Of a DNA stretch of 64,000 bases, positions 12,480-24,549 are shown piece by piece (position 1 is the stretch's first letter; each line of letters opens with the position of its first letter). The notes below the pieces were generated by a model that had not been told where the DNA came from, searched no databases, and saw nothing but the letters and a program-made list of their open reading frames with translations. Position numbers and translations under genes: made by a program. Source of the stretch: Ginglymostoma cirratum (lineage: Eukaryota); NCBI GenBank assembly GCA_024137785.1, contig JAHRHZ010000058.1, positions 20,252,534 to 20,316,533 on the forward strand, in the 5' to 3' direction.

Positions 12480-14400
12480 GCTCACTTCTTCTTAGATACC
12501 CTCAGGACCAAGGATGACTTTCTGCAGTAGGTAAATATTGGATCCTCACTCCCTGCCACAGGTTGGGCAGTTTTGATGAGCTGGGTGGATAGGACACTCA
12601 GGTTATTGCATACTCCTTCCACTGTTTGTGCTTGGCCTCCACCAGGGTTTGCTGGAGATCCTTGAAATTGTTGGCAAACTACTAGATACTTCTTTTCCTG
12701 TCTTATAGCTTTATTCAAGTAATATCCAACGACAGTGGGGACATTGTATTTTTCGGGGTGGCTTTGAATGTACCTTTGAAGAGGTTCCTCTGCCATCCTG
12801 GTAACTGTTGGCTATGATGAAGCTCAGAGTAGATAGCTTGTTTAGGGAATGTTCTGACAAGCAGTGTGGCTACCCACCACAGCTGATTAACCATGGCTAG
12901 TGCCTCGATACAGGGGATATTGGTCTGAAAGAGGACACTGATATTAGAGTAACAGTCCTGCTTGTGAATTTTCAGGATTTTGCAGAGGTATCATTGATGA
13001 TATTTCTCCAATGGTTTGAGGTGTACATTGTCCATGTCTCTGTGTCATATGTTTGGGAAGGTAATATGCAGCTCTGTATACCATGAGCTTGGTGCTGTGC
13101 TTGAGGTCTTTAACTTGAAACATTTTTTTTCCTTACATGGCCAAGGGCTGTGCTGGCACACTGGAGGTGATGTTGGGTTTCATCACAGATGCCTGCCAGA
13201 AGGAGCTGTCAAGAAATGATCCATCTTAACCAATGGCTCACTCTGAACTTTCACAGTAAGGGGGCAGTCCTGCATGGGAGGACCAGGCTGCTAGAAGATT
13301 TTCATCTGCAGGATGTCCAGTCTAAAGCTTGTTCTTTTACACCACTGCATGAACACGCTGACAGTACTTCAGAGTCCAACCTCTGTGCGTACACACAAGC
13401 ATTGTCTGTGTACTACAACTTGGTGGTGGAGATTGGCAATCTTTGTTTTGCACTGGAGATGATATAGATTGAACAGTTTCCCACTTGTCCTGCAGAGTAA
13501 CGACTCCAGTAAGGAGAGTCAAAGAGGTAAGGTGGCATTGTGACATGAAAGGCAGGGAAGAACATTGGTGTGATAATCAAATTCAGCTTTACAATAACTC
13601 CACTTTGCGCTTGTGTTAGGTATGTTCTGCGTTCATGCGAATCACAGCTTGCATGTCATCATGCAGCAGGTGGAGGATCGTGAGGAATTTCTCTGAGCAA
13701 CTAAATTTGAGGAGGATGTTCCATAATCCCTCCTGGTTGACAGAATAGGAGACCTTTGTGAAGTCGAAGTAGGTCATGTACACCAATTGCTGTTGCTCTT
13801 TGCAGTATTTTGGACTTGTCTTGCTGTGAAGATACCTCTTGATAAATGAAATCCAAATTGGGTCTCAGGTAAGTGCTCTTCAGACACAAGGAGGTGGAGA
13901 TGATTCTTGCACTGACCTTCCCCATGGTGGACAGCAGGTCAAGTCCTTTTAATTATTGCAATTAGTCTTGGCTTAAACATAGTCACAATTATAGTACTTT
14001 GGAGATCCCTGGCATGTTCTCCTTCCAGAAGAGGGAGATAAGGTTATATATTCATGCCAAGAATGCTTTTCCACTGTATTTTAGTATTTCACTGTGGATT
14101 CCACCTGCACTGGAGGCCTTGTTGGTTCTTAAATGTCTGATGAACTTTTCAACCTCCTATCGGTGTGGTGTTATGCTGAGATCGCGGTGCGTAACATGCT
14201 GTGGGATGTGTTCAATGGCACTCATGCGAGGATTGAGTCTCAATTGAGGAGATCTTTGAAGACCTTCTTCCAACAAGTGCTGACTGCCTGTTTGCCCTTG
14301 AAGGGCACCACTCTGTTCTTAGTTCTAAGCATCCAAACTCTCACAAAATGAATGGCTATCTCATGAAGGCTGGGAAGATGCTGTCTGCATAGGTAATCAT
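12480..14400 (-). mobile_element. RTE-clade LINE fossil 2
   Basis: Minus-strand YMTYFDFTK (FVDLTKAFD motif, ~13755-13780) and L*YTDNACV (LQYADD motif, ~13395-13420). Many stops and frameshifts. Confidence 0.7.
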
Positions 14401-15450
14401 ATTGCCCCAGTAGCTTTTAGGAAGCTGGCAGGATAATCAAATATTGTGTACACATACAGAAAGTGAGGACTTTGATCCAGTATTTTACAGCACAATATGG
14501 CTAAGATCATAATTTCATATCATTACATAATAGTTATCCAATATTCTTTTCTGCAATGACTTGATCATATAGAATCAATAGATTGCTAAATAAGAACATC
14601 CCCATTCCATCACAAATGTCCATCACTACACGTTTAGCAACAGATATTTAATCCATTGCTCTTTTTGTTGCACAGACGTAAGCTACATTGGCTGACATCA
14701 GAGGCAAGCAGCGCATAATGCTAAGATATCTGTGGAAATGTTAATGGACGTTTCACAGCTGCCCTGTAAGCTGGTGACTCATATTTAGGTTGTTGGATTT
14801 AGGATATTGGCATTCTGTTTTTATCTGGTGAAAATGGAATGTTGGGTCTCAGTCTATGTTAGTGTATTTACAGCATTCACACTAAATGCATACATTACAG
14901 AGATAGAATAGAGGCAGGCTGTGTTCGACCTTACGTACTGTGCATAGTTATTGTACATAAGGTTCATCTTGTGTCAACAAAATACAAATACAATTTCTCT
15001 TAATGTCATTCTCAGCTGGGTAGAAAATGGAGCTTTCCAATTGATATTTATTTCATGAATAAATCAAAGGTTGGAACTCAGTCTTTGGTGTTAGCACAGA
15101 CTCCTCTTCAGTTATTAAGTGAAATCACTGCAATATACTGTATGTAAAAATATAAGTTTTAGCTTTGCTTATTTTTTAACAAGCTTGCTTCTGATTCATC
15201 TCACTTCAGTCTAAAGTGTATGACCTTGCAATGAACTCCAGTAGCAATATTTTTGATCGCTGATTTAATCTGTTTCATTTTGTCCCTTTGATCTTAGTAT
15301 CTCCTACAGACTTGGATAGGCAACTCACAACTCCTTCAACCAAGTTAGTTAAGAGATATGATGAAAAGTTGAGGCACAAATACAGAGTCTGGGGAGCACC
15401 ATTTCCCTCATCCCACCAGTCAGAGAATTACATACAAACATAGTGAATTA

Positions 15451-15795
15451 TAGAATCCCCGCAGTGCGGAAGCAGTCCATTTGGCCCATCAAGTTCACAC
15501 CAGCCCTCTGAAGGGCATCCTACTCAGATCCACCCCATCCCTGTAATCCTGCTTCCCATGACTAATACACTTAACTTACACATCTCTGGACACTATGGGC
15601 AATTTAACATGGCCAATCCACTTAACCTACAGATCTTTGGACTGTGGGAGGAGACCACAGCACCCGGAGCTGAAGCACACAGACATGGGGAAAACATGCA
15701 AACTCCACACAGACAGTTGCCCAAGGCTGGGATCAAACCCTGGCTCCTGGTGCTGTGAAGTAGCAGTGCTAACCATTGATCCACTGTGCTGCCCC
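15451..15795 (-). mobile_element. HE1-type V-SINE
   Basis: tRNA-like head (GGCAGCACAGTGG...GGTTAGCAC...GGGTTTGATCCC), V-domain GTCTGTGTGGAGTTTGCATGTT and a CR1-like tail. Confidence 0.9.
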
Positions 15796-16194
15796 AAATT
15801 GAAACATACCCTTATGTTTTCGTATGCAATTTCCTGAGTTTCCTGTTCAAGGTACCTGTTATTTTGGTTTTTGTGGAGCAAAGATCCAGTTTTTTTCTTT
15901 GAGAAACCTCAAATTTGATCTATTCTACTCAGCATATTATTTCCTGAAAAATACTATAGTGAATAATTTTTTCGAACCTAATGCTTATGTCTGCAATTAT
16001 ATCTGCAATCAGACATTGAACAACATACATTGTCAATTTGATCCTAAATGAGGTGGTGGTGACACTGAACCTTTTGCTTGGCAAAACATTTATTTACATA
16101 TTTAATTAAAACATTACAAATATCTGCTCCCTACTTACTACTAGCCCTCCATGTCCCAACTGGATCGTTTCATTAGCTCAAGGTAATTTTTTTT

Positions 16195-16552
16195 AAAATT
16201 TATTCATTCATGGGATGAGAGCATCACTGGTTAGGCAGCATTTATTGTCCATCCCTAATTGCCCAGAGGGTAGTTATGAGTGAACCACATTGCTGTGGGT
16301 CTGGAATCACATGTAGACCAGACAAGGATGACAGTTTCCTTCCCTAAAGGGCATTAGTGAACCAGATAGGTTTTTTTTAACCCTCAATAATCTGCAATGG
16401 ATTTATGGTCATCATTAGATTCTTAATTCCAGACATTTATTGAATCCAAATTCCACCATCTGCCATGGCAGGACTTGAACCTGGGTCCCCAGAATGTTAT
16501 CTTGGTCTCTGGATCAACATTCCAGTGATAATACTGCTAGGCCATTGTCTCC
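16195..16552 (-). mobile_element. tRNA-derived SINE (family B)
   Basis: A/B-box-like head at the right end and ttattcattcatgggatg tail. Collinear with the copies at 38612 and 52922. Confidence 0.85.
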
Positions 16553-17199
16553 TGTTAAACAATGTTCTTAGTCAGTATCTTAATACAAAGAACATACCAT
16601 AAACATAGATCAACATTTGAATCACATTCAAGTCTCAATACACTACAGAAATTATCACAACTTTACCATTTTTTCTCCTTCTATCTATTGATAGTCTAGA
16701 TCTGTTGCCAGTCTTTGCAACCTTGTCTTCACAGCGCAATTGAAGTAACGAAATCAATGAAACGCTTTGGGTTAGAACTGTCTCTGCTAATCTTAATTGA
16801 GCTCATTAGTATGCCTGGCTGATGGTATCCCTTTGCAAGCAGATGACATTATAAGCACTTCTATTAAAACAAATGTAGTCAAAGCTGAAAAATGACATAT
16901 TCAGAACTTTTCCCTCTTCTGAAGAAAGAAGCTGAAATACTTATTCTGTTTCTTTCTTCAAAGGTGCTGCCTGATCTACTTAATATTTCCTGCATTTACT
17001 GTTTTTCAGTCATGGTTTTAACATCTGCTTTTGTATTCAATGTAAAATGGACATTTAATAACAATTTAACTTAAATAATTCAGATGACACATCCCTAGCA
17101 TTAAGTCAGTATTAAATGTTGGATATGACTGTAAAAATCATTTATCAAAATCATGTTTTTCTAAAATTCTTTAAGTAGTTCCAAAATGTCTGCTTGATT

Positions 17200-17567
17200 C
17201 GAAATACTGCTGGGCAGGGAGAAGGAGACTAGCAGGCACCTGCTGCTGTGAAACTGATAAGATGATGTGAAGTTAGTCAAGGCCTCTTGCTGGTAATGGG
17301 ATCGATTTACATCAGTTGTGACACTTGTCATGCAGTGTGCTGCTCTGTTAAAGATTCCTGTCATTCCTTTTTGGGATAAAAAAAACTTTTGGCTTTCCCT
17401 ACACCCTAATGTGTGCTACGATAGCACATTGACTGCGTGCTGACAGAGTTCGCACAGCTTTTACAATGTTTCTTTGGTTTTTCTTTTAGTTTGTTTTGAG
17501 ATGTTACTACACTGAGTGGGAGGGGGGGGTGCGGCTGATTGCGCCCCCCCCCACCCCAGCACCTGCC
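17200..17567 (+). promoter_or_regulatory. Probable promoter/5' UTR of the MSN- isoform
   Basis: Repeat-free stretch directly upstream of the Kozak ATG, with locally more CpG and a CACCTG E-box near 17237. The TSS cannot be placed from sequence. Confidence 0.4.
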
Positions 17568-17708
17568 ATGTCTAACAGTTACCGTACTCTTTCCCAGCAT
17601 CTAAACGACTTGAAAAAAGAAAACTTCAGCCTCAAGCTCAGGATCTATTTCCTGGAGGAGAGAATACAACAGAAATATGAAGACAGCAGTGAGGACATCT
17701 ACAAAAGG
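17568..17708 (+). CDS. PDE4DIP: PDE4DIP/myomegalin first coding exon of the MSN- isoform; CM1 motif (internal-exon form is 17598-17708, 111 bp)
   Basis: GCCATG start. Translates MSNSYRTLSQHLNDLKKENFSLKLRIYFLEERIQQKYEDSSEDIYKR, nearly identical to the recalled human myomegalin N-terminus (MSNGYRTLSQHLNDLKKENFSLKLRIYFLEERMQQKYE). Phase-0 donor AGG|GTAGGA. Confidence 0.96.
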
Positions 17709-20184
17709 GTAGGAAACTTTACATCCTAGTCTATGTGAGCAAAACATTGAAAAGGTATTATACTCAAGATGTGAAATTACAATATTTCCAGGTAGAAAAA
17801 TGTAAGAAAATGAACAAGTCGTACCTAGGGACAGGTAGAACATAGGTTCAAACTTTCACCTCGTTATTTTATGATTATAATTCTACTGTCAAATGATAGG
17901 TATCAGTCTCAAGACACGCTCCCACAAGGGAAAAGGTTAGCCCAGGCCGCTATTGTGCAATTTAGCTGTCAAACAAAGAGTGAAATTAGCAAAGGTGTGT
18001 GACGTTCATCAGCCTGAGGTGGTTAAGGAAGATTTGGAAGACCGAAAAGGAAGAAAGCAAAGAATAAGGGGAATAGATTGTTTGCATCAATAATTTGATA
18101 ATGTTTCTGCCAGGCATTACTTGACTTCAAATTCTGTAACTAATTAACCTCAATTTGAGGTTATGTGCGAAAACTTCAATTATAGTTATTTTATTTGAAG
18201 ACAATCGTTCCTAATTATCTGCAACAATCTTGCAGCAATTGGTACGTTACTATGCATAAAACATTGGATACATAATTCAAGATTTATAATGACCTGGAGT
18301 CATTGATGGAAAGAGTGCTCATTGTGTCTGGATATCCATACTTGGTAGAATTTACAATCTAGTTAGATGTCTGTTCTTGATAGATTTGCTATCCAACTGG
18401 ATGAGCTAAACATCTCAAAAATATCTCAGTTTTAGAATGAAAACACACAGGTTTATCAGTAACTACTGGCAACTTGATTAGGTGATATAAATCATATAAA
18501 TAAGCACGAAAAGAATAAGAATCATTGACATTGATTTCGACCCTACTCGCCTGGCAGGACTGAGTCAGTGGACCGTTATAAACATGTTACTTAGATGGTC
18601 AGAGGCATACTCAAAAGAAATTACTGTATGATGAGTTGAAAAAAAGTTCTTATGTGGAATACACTCAAAAACATGGCCAATCATGTGGAATTTATGAAGG
18701 GTTTAAAGGTGGAGGAGGAATTGGCAGTGTTCAGGAAAGAACTTGGATCTGACCCTAGTTTCTGACATAACCTAGAGGGACAGAAATAAAGAAATTTTTC
18801 AAAGCTACCCAAAGTATATGACATTGCTTAGGAACCATTTAATGATAATGTTAAAGATAATATGTTATTTGATCCACTTAGAACCTGCTTTGCAGCATTT
18901 TGTAAAAAATCTGAACTAATCAGAATTTTTTGTGGAAATCAGATCGTAATACAAATGAGTAATGCTCAAATTTGCAATGTCAATCTTTGTGGGCAGAAAA
19001 AGAGAGGGTCATAACTACAACAACCTCTATCTATGTAACGCCTTTACAGAAGGAACAAAATCCCAGGCAGCTTTCAGATGTGTAATCACACAAAAAGCCA
19101 AAGAGAGTAATATTAGCAATGGTGAATAAAAGCTTTGTTAAACAGTTTTCAGGTGAGTCTAAAAGAATGGTGGCAATGATTAAAGAACCCAGAGTCTAAT
19201 CATGGCAATGTGAAAGAAGCAAGAGATATCCAAGAGATCAGATTTCTTATCTGAATTCCCTTCAGTAATGTACTTGCTTTATCCATATTAAAATGAGAGC
19301 TTGTCATAGATGGTTTGCATGGTTACAAGAGAATTACAAACCATAGATCACAGAATAAAAGCAAGGAAATGCCTTTTACAGATAGAATGTAATAGTTGAT
19401 TTCTCCATTAGTACAACAGTCAGCATAATGTGTTTTGTTAGTATATTACAGTGAGGGGTAAATTGTACAGTCAGTATGTTTGTTGTGCCGAAGCATTTGA
19501 CTCCAACTTCCTCTGCCTGAAATGCTTCTTATTTTGCCAGAGTCTGTTACTATCGTGATATGATTCCCTTTAATCTCCAAGAGAGCTAGGGTCAGGGCAT
19601 GTAAATGAGGCTCACAAGGCCAGGATTAAGGGATAAGGCCTGTGTTGCAAACCTGTAGGATTTGCTGGTTGATTTGCACAACTTCTCCATTCACCTACCA
19701 CAAGCCAAATCTCAACTTGAGCCTCTCTTTTATTTTTGAGAGCCTGCAACCATGACTCCTACTGTTCTTTTTTAACGGGTCCTGTGTATCAATTCAAATA
19801 GTCTTACGACTTTATTACGTTTTTGCTTTGCGCCTTTGCCTGTTCATTCACTTTCAGTAGTGGTTTAGTGGTCTAAGTGTCAGCATGCGTATCAGTTTAG
19901 TGGGCTATGCATGAACCAGCTCATTGGCAACAAGTTGACATCTATGTATCCTACATGTGTGTCTAATTCCCAGCAATGTGATGAATACATGTGTAATTCT
20001 ATGGCCATGTGGAGATAATCGCAATTATGTCAGATTTCTTGCAGCCCTTTGGAGATTCTGGGAGAATTTTAACCCTACTGCATGAATGAGCAGTTAAAAT
20101 GCTCCTGACTACTTGTTCACTGGAAAGCTGCTTGATTCCCATATATCTGATTTTTAACCTGTACTTTTTTTTCATTTTAACCTA

Positions 20185-20305
20185 TTTTACTAATCAACCT
20201 GTTCATAGATACAACTACACACCTCCAGAGCAGCTGGGACTTGAACCCAGCTCTCTCAGTCCAGGGATAGGAAATGCAATAACTGAGCCATACGAGGGCC
20301 TTTTA
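20185..20305 (-). mobile_element. Short tRNA-headed SINE (family C)
   Basis: aatcaacctgttca...acacctccagagcagctgggacttgaaccc...gagggcc. Related copies at about 22515-22620, 43425-43610, 51835-51935, and a 3' part at 47010-47112. Confidence 0.65.
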
Positions 20306-21864
20306 ACCTGTTCTTCTCAGCAACAGGTGAAGGTACTCACATGAAACCAGTTAGGTCCTAATTGATAGATGCAAAACAAGATCTGATCATTATTAATCTG
20401 ATCCTAATAGCATTTTAAGAAGAAATTTCAGTAGAATAGAGATGTGAAGAGACCCTGTGAGGTAAATTGTTGGCTTTCCTTTGGGACTGGGGGTATAGGA
20501 ATACTCTTTTAGACCAAAAGTAGCTCTCTTTCTTGTTATGGATTCTCCTACCTATCCTCACTACACTCCCTCCAGGGATGTCCTTTTAGGACTCTCTTTA
20601 TCTGCATGCTGACTTTTATGAAGCCAACGACCAATCTCTGTCTAGAACAAATGTAAAGTAGAAAGATGTGTGATTATGAGGCCTGACGATTAAAATTGCC
20701 ATGGTCTCATATTCCCACCAAATCGGTCAGAAACGGACTTTGGCAATTTCTCCTCTGAAACCTGCTGAGAGGGAAAATTCACTCCACCTGTTTGCATGTA
20801 ACTTCATTTACTCTTACCTCCAAATTAATCCAAACTCTAAAAATATCACCAACCTGTAAGGATATGTCATATTCTTTGCTCGGTTATACCCTGCTTCTTC
20901 AACAAAGGTTAAAATTCAACAATGACGTTAATCAAGTCAATGGGTATTGGTGAATCATCTCATAGGAGAAAAGTCACAGTCTGCAATCTGTCTTATAATG
21001 TATTCGAAACAGTTTTGAGAGTGTAAACAATTGCTGTGATATATTTTTGTGTTAAGACTGAGTATACAATCATTTTTATAATCTTTTTAATGAAATTCTG
21101 CCACAGGCTGTGAATCCAGGTGCTTTTTTTGTGTGGGTATAGTCTTGACATATTGTCTAGCTTCAGAGACAAAGTACTAAGAGAAAAATGATTGTGTTTT
21201 GAATAGTATGAACACATGTGATGCACGTGTGTGCAAGTTGGATGAATGTCAAGTACACTGCTGTCAGTCAGAAGGTTCCAAATTTGACCTCATATTACTT
21301 GAAAGAGTAACCCAGGCTGACACACTAGTGTAATGTTTGGTTGAAGGGTTAAACAAAGGGTCTGTCTGCATTTTAGGTCCTCATAAATAAGGAAACTAAA
21401 ACAGCCCTCAGGATGGCGTAACAACTTTATAACCAATTATCTACTTTAAGTGTAATCCCTATTCTATGTAAGAAGATAGGGCAGCCAATTTTTAAAAGGC
21501 AAGGTCCCACAGAAACAAATGACATGAATGATCGGTTATTTTCTTTCAGGTATTGGTTGATGATTGAAGATTGACCCTTGTATTCCTCAGAGTTGTTTGT
21601 TCTGTTATTGAGGCTATCTAACTAAATTGCACCCATAATCAAAGAAAACATGAGAACACTGATTTCCACCTCAATCCCTTCCTTTGTCCTGCTTCTTCTT
21701 TAACTAAGATGCAAGAGGAAAAAGACATCACCCTACTTTAAACTCTACTAGGTGGTCTTTACTCATTAATATGTGAACCAGTGGTAAATTAGGTTGATGT
21801 CACAACATCACCACAGTATGGGAGTTAAACTCCCAAAATTATAGGATATTACTTTTGTTCATAG

Positions 21865-22460
21865 GATGTGGTGTCACTGGCACCTTTGGATCAGGTATGA
21901 CTCCAACCAGTGGAGAGTTTGTCCCCTGATTCTATTGACTTCAGTTTTGCAAGGCTCCTTGATGCCACACTCGGTCAAATGCTGCCTTAATCTCAAGAAC
22001 AGTTACTGTCACCCAGCATTCCCTCTATGCTACAGGCCATCACTGATCACGATATTGATTTTGGGTTTTGGAAGTCACTGCCACACACAGACCTCAGAAT
22101 TCCACAAAGTCGAGAAAAATAATTAGAGGGAACACTGCTCTCGCCTCATTTCTGCAATTTAGCTCTTTGTCCATGTTTGAACTAAGGCGACAATGAGGTG
22201 AGGAACTGAGTGACTCTGAAAGAATTCAAATTGAGCACCAATGAATAGATTATTGCTTTAAAAAAGTGCTGCTGGTGACTCTTTCCAACACTTTACTGAT
22301 GATCAATAGTAAATTGATGGAGTAGCAATTGGCCAGTTTGGATTAATCCTGTTTTAATGTACAGGATATGCATGGATGATTCTCCACATTGTTGGTTAGA
22401 TGACACTGTGTAGCTGTACTTAAACAGCTTGGCTATGTGTGCTGCAAATTCTGGAGCACA
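21865..22460 (-). mobile_element. Decayed LINE (CR1/L2 group) internal fragment
   Basis: gctccttgatgccacactcggtcaaatgctgccttaatctcaag is the reverse complement of the LDIKAAFDRVWH RT motif. Same family as 35215-36680. Confidence 0.65.
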
Positions 22461-23519
22461 AAAACCAGAACCAAAATTATCCTGGATACTGCTCATTCAT
22501 ATCTTCGTGTCTGGATGTCAACCTGTTCAGAAGTTATTACACTTCTGGCCAGGTGGGACTTGAATCCAGGCCTTCTGGTCCAGAGGTACAGATCATCTTA
22601 CTGCACCACAAAAGCCCTCTGAGTTACCTGAGAAGCATAACCCAATTGCTAGTTTTCCTAAATATACCAGATTAGGTAATTAATAGCCTGATCAGGTAAC
22701 TTGTTCTCAGATGACCACCCTCTGCCTCATTGCAGAGACTTCTGAAAGTGCAGTCAAATGATACCTCTCCTTGGTAACTAATCAAGATACTCCACGTAAA
22801 GATGTGTTGTTATTTTCTTTGTGGGCTAATGCTTTAGAAGTGAACTTGCCCTAGAATCTATTCCAAATATCAAAAGTCATAAGATATTGAATACAAATGT
22901 GAACAGTTAGGATATTTGGTCAATGTAATGTTCATTATCAGTTGGATTATTGCAGGAATTTCAGATCTTATTCAGCAGCCAAACTCGGAAATGAAGTTCA
23001 TGCGGGGAGGATCAGCAGATGTTAGCTAAGCCTGTGATTTTTGTGTCTGCTTAGAGGTGCAAAGCCTAACAGGATTTCTCACCTAAGTATATAATTTTGA
23101 TTTGTACTTAAATTTTGCACTGTCCCATCAAATGAGAAGAGAAAGAATCCACTTCAGCTGTTCCACTCCATATCCTTTTTGCACATTTTATTCTCCATAT
23201 GCACCAATGGTTGTTTTGTGGATCAATTGCTATCCTTTATGTGATAATGAACCATTCCTGGGAAGGATTCTCGTCACTAAGTTTATTGACCTTGACAAGG
23301 CTGGCAATAGAGATATGATAGTTCTCAGTATCCTGGCATTTGGAGGAGAGGAAAACAAATCACATTGGGCCACACTGGGACAGATTTGGACAGGATTCGG
23401 TCGAAATGTTTTGTCTCCCCTTCTAGAATATCATCTCATTATTTATATTTGAAAATAACCACTTAGGTAAACACTAGAAATTTATTAGCTAAAGTCAAAC
23501 TGCAATTTGAATTAATGCT

Positions 23520-23655
23520 CCTAGAAGCTGTGGGAATAAAAAATGTCTCCTACTTTACAGCAATAACTGTACCTCAAAAGAACTGTATTGGCGGTAAAAT
23601 GCTTTGGGACAAAATGATGTAGTCAAAGGCACTATATAAATACAAGTTCTTTCCT
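23520..23655 (+). mobile_element. Deu-domain SINE (SacSINE1/AmnSINE1-like) 3' part
   Basis: cctactttacagcaataactgtacctcaaaag...attggcggtaaaatgctttgggac...aaaggcactatataaatacaagttc. Other fragments at about 21260-21620, 28430-28590 and 45140-45520 (-). Confidence 0.7.
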
Positions 23656-24549
23656 TCTCTTATTCCTCATTCAGTGCAGTAGAAGAGTATTTCCATCTTG
23701 TACGCCACTTCAGTGAGCAGTGAGTGTGATGAATGTGGTAACAGGTTCACTACTGACCTGCTACAAAATCTGCCTCATGTTTGGGAGCTGCCAGCCAATG
23801 GGAGAGTCATGTATCATGTGCAAAATTGAGTTTATTCTTGAAACTGTTGTCAAGCAGATTAGAAACCTAAATATAGAAAATGATCGCTGGCTTCGGTTCC
23901 TGAAACAAATTATCTGAGAGAGTTTGGACATACAATGAGGCTCAGTCGCCATTCACTGCACAGGAATAAGTAAAAGCAGGGTGTTAATACTAATTGCATA
24001 TACTCTAACCCTGGTAATTGAGCATGATTTTTGAATGTTAAGATTTGCCTTGGCTAGCATAATTAAAATGGCAACAGTAAAACGTGTACAAAATAAAAAT
24101 CTAGAAATTGAAATTAGCCAAAGTTGAAGCAAGAGTTTGCTGTAATTTTTTTTTTCTACACTTAGATACTACTCAGTATCAAGTTCTCATGTTTCCATTT
24201 GCTTGACAGAAGATTAACATGTGGAATGCCATATTAATTCGAGATGGACCAGGAATTTGAGAGCTTTGCTTTAGATGTATCAGAAATTTTGGTGGCTTGG
24301 TGTGGCAGGGGAAAGGCACAGCTGTATGTCAGACACTAAGATCTTCCCAACGCAATTGACATTAAATACACTGCTTATCTTCAACAAATAAATGTAATCT
24401 TAAAAATAGTTACAGCACTAGCTCAGTGAACTAAAGCTGCTAATCCACCTATATCACTAAGTTTCAAGTTCAGACTGAAGGATGGGTAGTCATTGAACAA
24501 GCTGATTTCAGTATGAGCACCATTGAACTTGCAAAATATTTTGTAATCT

